Origin: Candidatus Obscuribacterales bacterium | Lineage (GTDB): Bacteria > Cyanobacteriota > Vampirovibrionia > Obscuribacterales > Obscuribacteraceae | Direction of reading: 5' to 3' | Assembly (NCBI GenBank): GCA_965228855.1 | Contig: CBDDIJ010000002.1 | Span: forward strand, 1,856,001 to 1,920,000 | Length of the DNA stretch: 64,000 nucleotides | Shown here: piece by piece, positions 1 to 9,424 of the stretch | Position numbering within the stretch: the stretch's first letter is position 1 | How the letters are laid out: every line of letters begins with the position of its first letter | Made by a program: the position numbers and the translations under genes | Notes under the pieces: generated by a model | What the model was told of the DNA's origin: nothing | The model's input: the letters and a program-made list of their open reading frames with translations, nothing else | Databases searched by the model: none

Positions 1-9
1 TCCACTAGA

Positions 10-1818
10 TCAACCAGGCGGAAACTGCGGTCCCTGCAATGAGCCTTGCGGCGGCGGGTCCGGCGGCTGTGGTTGACCGGGTGGTATCGTGGATGGTTCC
101 GGCACCGTGGGCGATGCTATTTCAATGAAGCGCACGCGTGTGACGTTTCTCCGCGCAGCCTCAAGCATGGCTCTCTGCCCGCCGGCGACCAGTCCCATAA
201 GGTCTTGCGCATCTTGGGGAACGGAGGCGATGCCGAAGTGCAGAATAGGTGCGTAGTGAGCGAGTTCCGGAATGCACTGTGGAAGCGTTGCTGCAATTCT
301 GTCTACCAGCCCGCATCCCTGGCTGCTTTCTACGCCCGGCAAGATGAATGCGAAACTTCGTTCGCCAAAATGACCGAGGATATCGACCTCGCGGCGCATC
401 TTGTTCAAAGCCTTTGTGATCAGCGCCACTGATTCAATGGGCAGGACGGGCCATCCGGTTGCACTGACGGTGATGCAAAACGGCATGAAGGTGAACGCCG
501 CCCCAAAGCGAAAAGCGCGCGAAAATTCCTTTTCCAGGAAGAACTCGAATGCGTCCTGACTCAAGATGCCAGTTTCTTCACGAACGAGGTGTGGAAGAAT
601 GGCTGCCGGGCCCAGACCGCTAAAAAGCACAATTTCGTCAGGGATACCGAGGTGAAAAGACTTCAGCGGGGCTTGCGCCGGCGCAGCTGTAGGTACTGGT
701 GTTACAGGTGGTGCTTGTAAGGTAGGCGGAAGGGGCATGCCCGGCTGCAACATGCCGGATTGTTGTATTCCCGGTTGCTGTAAACCCAGCGGAAACGAAG
801 GCGTGTGATGCTCCTGCTGCGGAGTACTTGCAAATGCGCCAGGCTGCATCGAGACCGGTTGTTGCTGGACTGGAAACGGTTGTGTAGTGTCTTGATTTCG
901 CGGCGCAACGCCGCCGCCAAACACCGTGGATGGTGGCATCAATGGCGCCGCGCCTGAACCGTTCTGCTGAGCTGTGCTCCAACTGCCGGACGGCGCTGCA
1001 TGTGACGGACCCTGGTTGCGCTCGCCCAGTTCCGCTGAGATTATGTGTTGAAGTTCGGGAGCTGTTGGTGCGGCTCTGGTCGGTTTTGCCGGTGGCGCGG
1101 TAAAACCTGTAGCCTCCAGTGTTCGACCATCGGGAGTCAGAATCAGTCCCAGCCGCAAAAGGTTCGCAACAGTTGCCATCCAGCGACTCTCGCTCAGATT
1201 CATCTTAATGGCGATATCTTTTATATTCAGTGAGCCGTAAATATTTCCGTAAAATTCCTTCTGCATTTTCATGCTGAGTGGGGCGCCGGAAATAAGGACC
1301 TTCTCTAGCTCTTGCTCGTTCAGCTTTGTCGCGGACCGGAGCAAATAAGAAAGCTCCGTTATCTCCAGGTTGCGCAAAAACTCCATGTTGCGTACATATT
1401 CGTCGCCGAGAGTGAGAATCTGCGGAGCGCTGTCATCAACTGTTGGTCGCTCCGGCTGTACGCCTTCTTGAAATGAAATCTTGCCGTCTTGCCATGTGAA
1501 GAGTTCGAGAATCGCTTCCGTACCGGTGTTGAACGGAGAGTAGGCGTGAATCGGTTTCCCCAAACCAAACTGAATGACGACAGTGTACTGAAATCCGCCA
1601 ATGTTCAGTTGCCCGGTCGCCTCGAAGTGATCGATGACCTGAAGCAAAAATGCGACAGACTTGTCTTTTAAATTGCCGGTCAGCTGTGCGGTCACGGACG
1701 GTGGCGCCATCGGCTCGTCGACAATCGGCAACGGTCCGGTCGATGTCAATCCGGTCGAGCCGGTGCGCCTGGCGAACCTGTCGCCAAGACTCGGTTTTCT
1801 TTGCTGCTCGTCGGTCAT
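10..1818 (-). CDS. DUF4388/PATAN-like N-terminal domain + Pro/Gln-rich linker + degenerate GGDEF domain protein
   Basis: N-terminal TGQL..IQFGLGKPIHAY..GTEAILELFTWQDGKISF is DUF4388-like. The C-terminus has GGDEF-fold hallmarks (ETGIL, EFSRAFR, REVD-ILGHF-GERSF, FGIAS) but GERSF replaces GG(D/E)EF. Confidence 0.7.
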   Translation of the reverse strand: MTDEQQRKPSLGDRFARRTGSTGLTSTGPLPIVDEPMAPPSVTAQLTGNLKDKSVAFLLQVIDHFEATGQLNIGGFQYTVVIQFGLGKPIHAYSPFNTGTEAILELFTWQDGKISFQEGVQPERPTVDDSAPQILTLGDEYVRNMEFLRNLEITELSYLLRSATKLNEQELEKVLISGAPLSMKMQKEFYGNIYGSLNIKDIAIKMNLSESRWMATVANLLRLGLILTPDGRTLEATGFTAPPAKPTRAAPTAPELQHIISAELGERNQGPSHAAPSGSWSTAQQNGSGAAPLMPPSTVFGGGVAPRNQDTTQPFPVQQQPVSMQPGAFASTPQQEHHTPSFPLGLQQPGIQQSGMLQPGMPLPPTLQAPPVTPVPTAAPAQAPLKSFHLGIPDEIVLFSGLGPAAILPHLVREETGILSQDAFEFFLEKEFSRAFRFGAAFTFMPFCITVSATGWPVLPIESVALITKALNKMRREVDILGHFGERSFAFILPGVESSQGCGLVDRIAATLPQCIPELAHYAPILHFGIASVPQDAQDLMGLVAGGQRAMLEAARRNVTRVRFIEIASPTVPEPSTIPPGQPQPPDPPPQGSLQGPQFPPG

Positions 1819-1941
1819 TAGTAAAGAGCCGCCCTGATGTACCTGGTTCTGAGCTTCCCTGTAATTTAGTTATACGCAAAACGCAGCGAAGGCAAACGTT
1901 TTCACAATAATATCCTGTCGGCTCGCGCTTGATAATTTCAA

Positions 1942-3150
1942 CTATCGCCCGATCTTCTCCAAACCGGTCGTGGCGAGCTCGATGAGCCTGGTGTCCTGCG
2001 ACTTTTGGATAATCAAATTGTATTGCGTTCGAGCTTCATCGTAATTTTTCCTGTGCACAAGCGCGACTGCAAGAAGATACCTGGCATGCAAGTTGGTTGG
2101 GTCGTTGGAAACCACGTCGCGAAGCTGATCTTCGGCGGCAGCGTACTCACCTTTGTTGATCATCTGCAGCGCCTGACGCTCCGGAGTATTTGCGTCGCGT
2201 GATTGATGCTGCGAAAACGGCATCACTGGCGGCGGCGCAGGAACAAGCCCGTGGCGCGAAGCTGAAGTTTCGTTACGCTTTGGTGTCTGTTTGCTGAGCG
2301 CAGCTCGAATTTTATCAGTTACCTCCTGCGCCCGCGGACTCTTAAGTCGCATATTGGATGAAACCGCTCCCGCCTGTTGCGAAGACCCTTTTCCATCCGA
2401 AAGACTCGGCAGTCCTGGTCCAGGAGGCAGACCGGCTGGACCGTTTTCGTACTCTCCTTCAGTGTTTAGAGTACCCGGCGGTTTCGAGTCGCTTTGCGAG
2501 CCGGATAAACCGGCAATCGATGAATCAGCGCTCTCAGAGCCATTGAATGAGCCTGAATCCTGACCACCGGGATCGCCTGGTGATGCCACTGGTGGTGCCG
2601 TCAACGGTGAAGCAAGAGGCTGAATATCCAGCGACGAACCTCCCAAACCACTTCCGCTTCGACTCAACCCGCTGGTTCCCTCATTGCCACCCATCTCAAT
2701 TCCGGCTTCACCTGCAACTTTTGCCGACTCTTGCTGCAAGTTGTTTATCAGTTTCGGAACATCTTGCAGTTTTAAACCATTAGCGTCGAGTGTCTTCTCC
2801 AACGCTTCTGTTCCTCCTGCACTGGAAGTCGAGTCGGAGCCTGCGTCTGAAGAACTCGAGTCAATCTGAGATGTTTTCGGCAGGAAATCGTCGTACCTCG
2901 GCGGCGACGGATCGTCTTTGCGCCCCAATCCTTGCAAGGGGTTTCCGCCGCCAATTGCACCTGGCGCCGGCGGCAATATAGATTGTGCCATTGCAGTTGG
3001 AATACTGACGGTGTTCAGAACTAAAACCGCGACGAAAGCAGCGGCGCTTCGCAAAGGTTTAGTCACACGCAAAGGTTTGGCTAAAGATTGACTGAAAGGC
3101 TCCGAATAGCCGGATATTATCGAAATTCCAGTTCTCCGGTGCGCTCCCAT
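1942..3150 (-). CDS. Exported low-complexity (Gly/Ser/Pro) protein with C-terminal TPR repeats
   Basis: Hydrophobic segment ending PTAMA-Q; C-terminal TPR pattern GEYAAAEDQL..DPTNLHARYLLAVAL..YDEA. ATG at 3150 chosen because it lies 2 nt after the upstream stop. Confidence 0.6.
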   Translation of the reverse strand: MGAHRRTGISIISGYSEPFSQSLAKPLRVTKPLRSAAAFVAVLVLNTVSIPTAMAQSILPPAPGAIGGGNPLQGLGRKDDPSPPRYDDFLPKTSQIDSSSSDAGSDSTSSAGGTEALEKTLDANGLKLQDVPKLINNLQQESAKVAGEAGIEMGGNEGTSGLSRSGSGLGGSSLDIQPLASPLTAPPVASPGDPGGQDSGSFNGSESADSSIAGLSGSQSDSKPPGTLNTEGEYENGPAGLPPGPGLPSLSDGKGSSQQAGAVSSNMRLKSPRAQEVTDKIRAALSKQTPKRNETSASRHGLVPAPPPVMPFSQHQSRDANTPERQALQMINKGEYAAAEDQLRDVVSNDPTNLHARYLLAVALVHRKNYDEARTQYNLIIQKSQDTRLIELATTGLEKIGR

Positions 3151-3152
3151 CT

Positions 3153-3608
3153 TCAGCGACCGGCAATATTGCGGCTGATCAGCTTCGAGACCCACGGGAT
3201 ATTCGTCATCTTTCCCATCAGCGCCATCACACCTGCATAGATGCAGAGCAGGAACAGTGGAACCTGGAACACCATGGTCATCATGGCGTTGTTCTCCATT
3301 AAGAACGCCGCAGTTTCAAGCCCGATAACAGGCGCAAGCAATCTGATGAAGCCGGTGAAGAAACTGGCTAGAGCTCCAACCGTTCCTTGTATTACGAAGA
3401 ACAGAATCGATAAAAACACTGCCTGGTAGAAGTGGAACCTGAAAAATGGACCGTCGCAGCCAGGTCCTTTGGCAAGGATATAAATGATTCCAATAAAGAA
3501 GCCGAACGGTACGTAGACCGCCGCCGAAACCAATTTCTCCGGCATGCTGTAGCCCGAACCGACTTTCGGACGCTGGTATCTGTCGAATCTGCTTGGTTGG
3601 ATGACCAT
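3153..3608 (-). CDS. Tic20-like / DUF4870 membrane protein
   Basis: Three hydrophobic segments and motifs FFRFHFYQA and ALMGKMTNIPWVS; AAAGGA RBS upstream. Confidence 0.65.
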   Translation of the reverse strand: MVIQPSRFDRYQRPKVGSGYSMPEKLVSAAVYVPFGFFIGIIYILAKGPGCDGPFFRFHFYQAVFLSILFFVIQGTVGALASFFTGFIRLLAPVIGLETAAFLMENNAMMTMVFQVPLFLLCIYAGVMALMGKMTNIPWVSKLISRNIAGR

Positions 3609-3830
3609 TTACTTTCCTTTTCGCTCAAATAAGCTTGCTTTCCATCACAATCTCATTTTATCGGTAATTGGTCGTCCGTCTCCGGGGTTTTTCGCATATT
3701 TTCCATATTCGTCGGGCAAATCTTAGATGAGGCACCCGTGGCGTTTATAAGTTGGTTTTGGGGCAGTTTGCTCCCAACATGGACCGGGTCGCGGATTGAT
3801 GCAGAAACCAAACGGGCATGAAAGCTAAGT

Positions 3831-5480
3831 ATGCCATGCGATAACGATAACCACGCAATTTTCCTCAAGCTCCTGTCCTCTAGAGAGTTGAGCACCTGCT
3901 TAGCGACTATCGGACAGTTGATTCTGGAAAGAACCAGCGCCAGTGGCGTTGCCATAATGATTTGGGACGCTGATATGGAGTCGTTCGCTCAGCAAGAAAC
4001 GTTTGGCGAAAAACGCAAGCGCATGACCGCTTTGACCACGGAGTTGGCTGAGCAGTTTGAAGAGCTTGACCCAGCGAAAAACACACTCGACCTCGATACT
4101 TTCACATCCAAGATCGAAGGATCTTTTGAAACAGTCACGATTAGACGCCTCAAACACGACGACGAGCTGTGCGCCGTTATTCTGATCGCGGACGCAGATA
4201 TAGAGGAAGGGCAGGATCCGCTTGCCGAGCTGGATTCGGATATACCGCTTGCGCTGGTGCTCTACAACGCCTGGTGCTATTCGGAACTCGAGTTGGAAAA
4301 CGAGAGACTTCGTAGCCAGTACGAAGAAATGGAAGACAAAACCGCGCAGTTCGAAGACCAGACGCGCAAACTCATTCATGACCTGACGGCTCGCGATTCG
4401 ATTCGAATTAAACAGGTTGAGCGCGAGCGGCTTGTTTACTGGATTTCCAACCTTGTCCGTAGTTCCGTCCGTATTCAAGAAGTGCTTGCCACCATCGTCG
4501 AGAAGATTTGTACTACCTGGGGACTCAGCCGCACGTCTGTATTGCGCGCTCAGAAGACCGATCAGTTCGACGTATACGAATATCATGTTGACGGCTTCGA
4601 TCCGGTTAAAGAGCAGTTCTCTACGCCTCAGGGGCTCGAGTTTACGCGCAAAGCGCTTGACTTGAAGTCGCCGCTGTTTATCGACCCTGCAACGAATGGC
4701 GATGAGTTTAATCTGGTTTTTCTCGAACAGATTGGCGTCAGGTCCGGGCTGATTATTCCGCTAGTAGTGCGCGACCAGGTCTTGGGTGCCGCCTTCCTTC
4801 AGGATTGTGCCAAGGCTCGTGAATGGAGCATCGACGACATCTCTCTAATAGGCAGTCTCTGCGATCAGGTTGCTGTTGCAATCGAGAATGCCGAACTGCA
4901 TATGGAAATCGAACGCCAGGCTGTCACCGACGGCTTGACCGGTGTTGCGAATCGCCGCTCTTTCAATGAATCGTTGACAAAAGAATTCGAGCGCGCCAAG
5001 CGATATGGTCAGCCGCTCTCGCTTGCTGTGATCGATCTTGATTTCCTCAAGAAGATCAATGATACCTACGGGCACATGACCGGCGACGAGGCGATCAAAG
5101 CTATAGGAACTGTCCTCCAGCAGTCGTCCCGGTCCATCGATATCACCGCTCGGTACGGTGGCGAAGAATTCTGCGTTCTTCTGCCGAATACGGATATAGA
5201 CATGGCTGAACAACTGGCGGAGCGACTCCGAAGGTTAATTCGCGAGACCGAAATCGACGGTCCGGGTCCGCTATCCGCCAGTATCGGCGTCGCAAGTTTC
5301 CCGCTACACGCAGACGCAGCTGAATCCCTGTTCTTGAGAGCCGACGAGGCGCTTTATCGAGCGAAGCAAGATGGTCGCAACAAAGTTAAAGTTTCTACGC
5401 TAGGTCCGGATGGTCAAACGTTGGGCCCAACCGCCCCAAAGCCTGATTCCCAGCAGACTTTGCTCCAGGAAAAATCCTAG
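3831..5480 (+). CDS. GAF-sensor diguanylate cyclase
   Basis: Coiled coil, GAF domain (SGLIIPLVVRDQVLG..QVAVAIENA), then TDGLTGVANRR, DLDFLKKIND, RSID I-site and an intact GGEEF. Confidence 0.92.
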   Translation: MPCDNDNHAIFLKLLSSRELSTCLATIGQLILERTSASGVAIMIWDADMESFAQQETFGEKRKRMTALTTELAEQFEELDPAKNTLDLDTFTSKIEGSFETVTIRRLKHDDELCAVILIADADIEEGQDPLAELDSDIPLALVLYNAWCYSELELENERLRSQYEEMEDKTAQFEDQTRKLIHDLTARDSIRIKQVERERLVYWISNLVRSSVRIQEVLATIVEKICTTWGLSRTSVLRAQKTDQFDVYEYHVDGFDPVKEQFSTPQGLEFTRKALDLKSPLFIDPATNGDEFNLVFLEQIGVRSGLIIPLVVRDQVLGAAFLQDCAKAREWSIDDISLIGSLCDQVAVAIENAELHMEIERQAVTDGLTGVANRRSFNESLTKEFERAKRYGQPLSLAVIDLDFLKKINDTYGHMTGDEAIKAIGTVLQQSSRSIDITARYGGEEFCVLLPNTDIDMAEQLAERLRRLIRETEIDGPGPLSASIGVASFPLHADAAESLFLRADEALYRAKQDGRNKVKVSTLGPDGQTLGPTAPKPDSQQTLLQEKS

Positions 5481-5537
5481 AGCAGCTTCAACCCGTCTGA
5501 GGTATAAAGAGAACAAGGACGGATAAGGAGATGAAAC

Positions 5538-6053
5538 GTGAGCATACTCGATGACATGGTTAACGGTATCAGCAAGGAAGTCAACAAAGTTCAAGAGCGC
5601 GGTCAAGAGATGTTCCAGAGCTTCAACTTGAGCTCTCAAATAAAGGATCTTGAACGCAAAAAATCTGCGAAGCTCGTCGAACTGGGCCGACTGATTGTCG
5701 ACAAACACCATCTCAAAAAGGAAGTCACCGAAGACCAGATCCAAGAGCGCGTCAATGAGGTTGTTGGATACGAAGATCAAATCGGTATCCTCAAAGCTGA
5801 GTTAGATACGCTTAAAACCGCTAACGATCAAAGCGCTCCCGCATCGGCTCGCTCAGAAGCCAAAGCCGGTTTTAAACCGACGCCAGGGTTCGAGTGTCCA
5901 CGTTGCCACGCGCCGGCAGCTCGCGACAGGAAGTTCTGCCCTGCATGCGGCGAAACTCTAGGCGCAGCTCCTAAAGCGGCTGATGATGGTCCGGTGGATG
6001 TCGAAGCTGAGACCGTTGAAGATGACCCGAGCTCTAACGCGGAAAACAATTAA
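5538..6053 (+). CDS. Coiled-coil + double zinc-ribbon protein
   Basis: GTG start with AAGGAG RBS; CPRC...FCPACG. Confidence 0.75.
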   Translation: MSILDDMVNGISKEVNKVQERGQEMFQSFNLSSQIKDLERKKSAKLVELGRLIVDKHHLKKEVTEDQIQERVNEVVGYEDQIGILKAELDTLKTANDQSAPASARSEAKAGFKPTPGFECPRCHAPAARDRKFCPACGETLGAAPKAADDGPVDVEAETVEDDPSSNAENN

Positions 6054-6082
6054 CACCGCCTGTAGTGCCGGAAAATAAGTTT

Positions 6083-6122
6083 AACGACGAGCGTACTTCA
6101 AAGTCCGCTCGTCGTTTGTTTA
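6083..6122 (+). terminator. Intrinsic terminator between convergent genes
   Basis: AACGACGAGCG / CGCTCGTCGTT stem followed by a T-rich tail; a second hairpin ACGGGCACC/GGTGCCCGT lies at 6143-6166. Confidence 0.65.
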
Positions 6123-6238
6123 TGATGGCGCTAAAAACACGAACGGGCACCTTATATGGTGCCCGTGTCGCAAGGTCGTACATTTGTTTTGGACTGTCGT
6201 ACTCTGCAGCCGACTGTAGGCGGTTTGAGCCTTGATGT

Positions 6239-7171
6239 TTAAACGCGAGCGCTTTTGCCGCAATCAGGACAGAAGAAGAATGAGGGGCTGATCTTCGCGT
6301 TGCAATGGGGGCATTCGCGCATGCCAATGTCCTCATCTCGCGTCGGATAGCGTCCTTCCATGATCTCTTTAAACTGCTTCCCTTCCGACCACGCTTTGAT
6401 TTCTTTAGCGCGATACACCGGCAGTGGGTGCGTGAGCCACAGTTCGTTAAACAGCTTGTAGAGCTTGTTCAGTGTGCTGTAGTCAAAGTCTTCGTAATTG
6501 TCCGCCTGACGTAAGAACTCATCGTGGTCCATCTGTTCGTAAATCGACCAGGAACCGCCGGCAAGCTTCATGTGAGTTCTGATGCAGGTTTCCAAATTCT
6601 GAGTTACAAGCAACTCGGCGCGGTCGGCAGTTAGTTCGGATTTCCGTGACCAGTCATACAACGCCACGCTCAGACCAAACTCGGCGAGCGTACCTCCTGT
6701 GCCGAAGACCATCGTAAGAATTTGTAGCAGGAAGTAGGCGATCGTTTTATACAGAACGTGACCGGCTTTTATGTGTCCGAGCTCGTGACCGAGTACACCC
6801 ATGAGCTCTTCTTCCGTCAGAAGATCGATTAATCCGGAATGGACGGCAATAATCGGGCGCTCGACTCCGAGCGTGAATGCATTCGGCTGCGGATTGCTGA
6901 TGATGAACAAGTCCGGTTCCGGCATGTCGAGAATATCGCAAGCTTCGCGGAAAAGTTTGTATATCTTCGGGCACTGCTTGGGCGTGACGTGCACCGCTCG
7001 TCCCATCATAGTGATGCGCAGGGCGCGCTCCGCCCCGAGCTCAATCAACTTCGTGAATATCTTGTCTAACAGCGGAATCTTCTTCACCGCATCCAACGCC
7101 GCACGATCCGCGGGATGTTCAAATGCGCTGGACGAAAGACGGGGGAATCTCTTCTTGGTTGCGGTGGTCAT
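6239..7171 (-). CDS. M48-family zinc metallopeptidase with C-terminal double zinc ribbon
   Basis: FEHPADR, PNAFT, HELGH (HExxH), ELTADRA, THP and CPHC..FCPDCG; GGAGG RBS. Confidence 0.9.
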   Translation of the reverse strand: MTTATKKRFPRLSSSAFEHPADRAALDAVKKIPLLDKIFTKLIELGAERALRITMMGRAVHVTPKQCPKIYKLFREACDILDMPEPDLFIISNPQPNAFTLGVERPIIAVHSGLIDLLTEEELMGVLGHELGHIKAGHVLYKTIAYFLLQILTMVFGTGGTLAEFGLSVALYDWSRKSELTADRAELLVTQNLETCIRTHMKLAGGSWSIYEQMDHDEFLRQADNYEDFDYSTLNKLYKLFNELWLTHPLPVYRAKEIKAWSEGKQFKEIMEGRYPTRDEDIGMRECPHCNAKISPSFFFCPDCGKSARV

Positions 7172-7562
7172 GCGTCCTCCCTTTCAGGTCGTTCCACTGA
7201 TATAGTACTGATTTCTTTCTACCCTGAAACACCTCTGGTCGGTGCAAATTAGGAGTTAAATTACATCCTTAATCCAGAATTCAGTGATTTGAAGAGCTAA
7301 GGCTTGGGGCTAAAGCCGAACACTATCAGGGTAAATACCGTTCTATCACTTTTAAGCGAAACCGACCGCGGCGCTCGGCGAAACGACACTTGAGATCAGA
7401 ACCGGGCAAACGTTCGACTGCTGCCAGGTTTGGGCTATTAACGCGATTCGTTTTGCAAGTTTGAAAGCAAAATACAATGTTCTCTTAACGTTTTACTGGG
7501 TGAAAACGCTCGTGCAGTGCGCGCCTTGCGCGGAACATCGTTCAAATTTTTCCGTGCTATGA

Positions 7563-8672
7563 GTGGTGCAGCGAAAGCAGGAGAACATCATGTTAAGCAG
7601 GAACCTCACGTCGAGAAGTCGAGTCGAGCAGCGCTTGCCGCGCCTGGACCGACACTCTTCCCGTTGCGACTTCTCGCTGACCGCCGGCTCAGAGCTGTCG
7701 AAGCGCGTGGACTCTTTTCACGCCTTCTTCTCGTGTTTAAACAGGACCGAGTCTTTTCATACCTTAACGCCTCGGCTTGAGCGCTTTTCGAGGCTGGGGC
7801 GGTTAATCCCTGGCCTGATGAGTATGGCTCTGGTAGTGAGCGTTGGGCTGTCAGCTCAATCGCCGGTCTATGCAGCCAAAGCCGCTGACACAGCCGTCGA
7901 GGTCAAGGTCGAAAAGGAAGATGGCAAAACCAAAGTCGAGACGAAAACGAAGGACGACTCCAGCGGCAAGGACTCGCATCTTAAAAAGGAAGATCGTGAA
8001 ACTCTGAAGGCTGTCAACGAAATTGACGGCGTTAACGTAGACCCAGCTAAATTCGAAGAGAAAAAGAAAAAGGGAATTGGTTTTCCAAACCCCGTGGGCT
8101 GGCTGCTGAAGCCTGTAACCGATATGCAAAAACGCGTGGTTCACCTGGAGCAGCAGATTATGCGGCTCGAAGGTCCGATCGCCGGTCTGCAAAAGCCGAT
8201 GAACGGTCTGCGCGGGCAAATGATCTCGGTTCAGGGAAATATGGGTAACCTCAGCACCGGAATGGGTAAGCTCGACCACAACATGGGTCGCCTGCAGGGC
8301 AACATGGGTAGCATCGAAACTAAGATGAACACCGTGGACGCTCGTCTGGCACGCATGGAAAAGCAGCTCAGTCGCATGTACGACCCAATCAATGGGCTGC
8401 AAGAGCCGATCGTGAAGTTGCAAAAACCGGTCGCCGGAGTGAGCGACCAACTCAGCACCTTAAAGAATGACTTGTCTGAGCTGAAGACGGTTGTTAATAC
8501 AACCAGTACTTTGATACTCGTCGCGATCGTCGCCATCGGTCTTTTGGTCGTCGTCGGCACGCCGGTTGTCGGCGTACTCGCCTGGAAGTACAGAGCGAAG
8601 ATCATCAAGCAGGTAGACCCTGCCGCTGGAAAACGCGAAGAAGAGAAGCAGCTGGCTTCTTCAATCAGGTAG
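7563..8672 (+). CDS. Exported coiled-coil protein with C-terminal membrane anchor (start uncertain, possibly 7818)
   Basis: Signal-like MSMALVVSVGLSAQSPVYA, long heptad repeat and a C-terminal TM followed by basic residues. Confidence 0.65.
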   Translation: MVQRKQENIMLSRNLTSRSRVEQRLPRLDRHSSRCDFSLTAGSELSKRVDSFHAFFSCLNRTESFHTLTPRLERFSRLGRLIPGLMSMALVVSVGLSAQSPVYAAKAADTAVEVKVEKEDGKTKVETKTKDDSSGKDSHLKKEDRETLKAVNEIDGVNVDPAKFEEKKKKGIGFPNPVGWLLKPVTDMQKRVVHLEQQIMRLEGPIAGLQKPMNGLRGQMISVQGNMGNLSTGMGKLDHNMGRLQGNMGSIETKMNTVDARLARMEKQLSRMYDPINGLQEPIVKLQKPVAGVSDQLSTLKNDLSELKTVVNTTSTLILVAIVAIGLLVVVGTPVVGVLAWKYRAKIIKQVDPAAGKREEEKQLASSIR

Positions 8673-8703
8673 CCCGCTACGAGAGAACGAATTATACGGA
8701 TTA

Positions 8704-9252
8704 TTGGCTGCAGCAATGCACGTCGCGCCCCAAGAGGAAAGGATTATGATAGATTTTGGAAATCGCACTCGGTTTGTCGAGGATAGAATGAATGCCACCG
8801 GACCTGGTACCACCATCGTCAAGCATGAGCGCGAACCGATGTCTGGTTGGATAATGGCCTTTATGGTTATGGTAGTTTTAGTCGGTCTCGGTTTTATGTC
8901 ATTGATGGACTTGTCGTCGCAACAGACAAAAACTGAGCGCGAGCTGTTCCAGCTTCAGCAGGAGTTCAATAAAAGCAAAGCTGATGCGGAGTTGGGCGTC
9001 TATAGCGCGAGTCGCGACGACGTTTACTCTCAGTTGAATTCTGACACTGAAGTAGTTGATGGAACGATGGTCGACCCAAACGCAGTCGGCGCGATGAGAA
9101 GCACAGATGACCTGGCGGCTCCGTTCCCGATCGGCGCGGAACGAGCAATTGAAAAACTCGAGGGTACCTCGACTCCCGTTGCGACTGCGGTTCCCGAAGT
9201 AAACCCAACGCCTGTCCCGGGCGCGACTCCGGTTCCAGGAGCGACACAGTAA
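8704..9252 (+). CDS. Hypothetical single-TM membrane protein
   Basis: Hydrophobic helix WIMAFMVMVVLVGLGFM and C-terminal TPVPGA repeat; followed by a terminator. Confidence 0.6.
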   Translation: MAAAMHVAPQEERIMIDFGNRTRFVEDRMNATGPGTTIVKHEREPMSGWIMAFMVMVVLVGLGFMSLMDLSSQQTKTERELFQLQQEFNKSKADAELGVYSASRDDVYSQLNSDTEVVDGTMVDPNAVGAMRSTDDLAAPFPIGAERAIEKLEGTSTPVATAVPEVNPTPVPGATPVPGATQ

Positions 9253-9316
9253 TCAATACCGTTCACCAAGTGCGTTGATGACTGAATAGTCGAACCTGAC
9301 TAACCAGAAGTTTGAG

Positions 9317-9348
9317 AAGGTTGCTGAACATCAGCAACCTTTGTTTTC
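9317..9348 (+). terminator. Intrinsic terminator
   Basis: AAGGTTGCTGA / TCAGCAACCTT hairpin followed by TGTTTT. Confidence 0.7.
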
Positions 9349-9424
9349 TGGCAAAACCTTTAGCATTGGAATATGATGACCTGAGCTTCAAGGCGTGCTA
9401 CAGATCGCCCAGGTGAACGACCCA

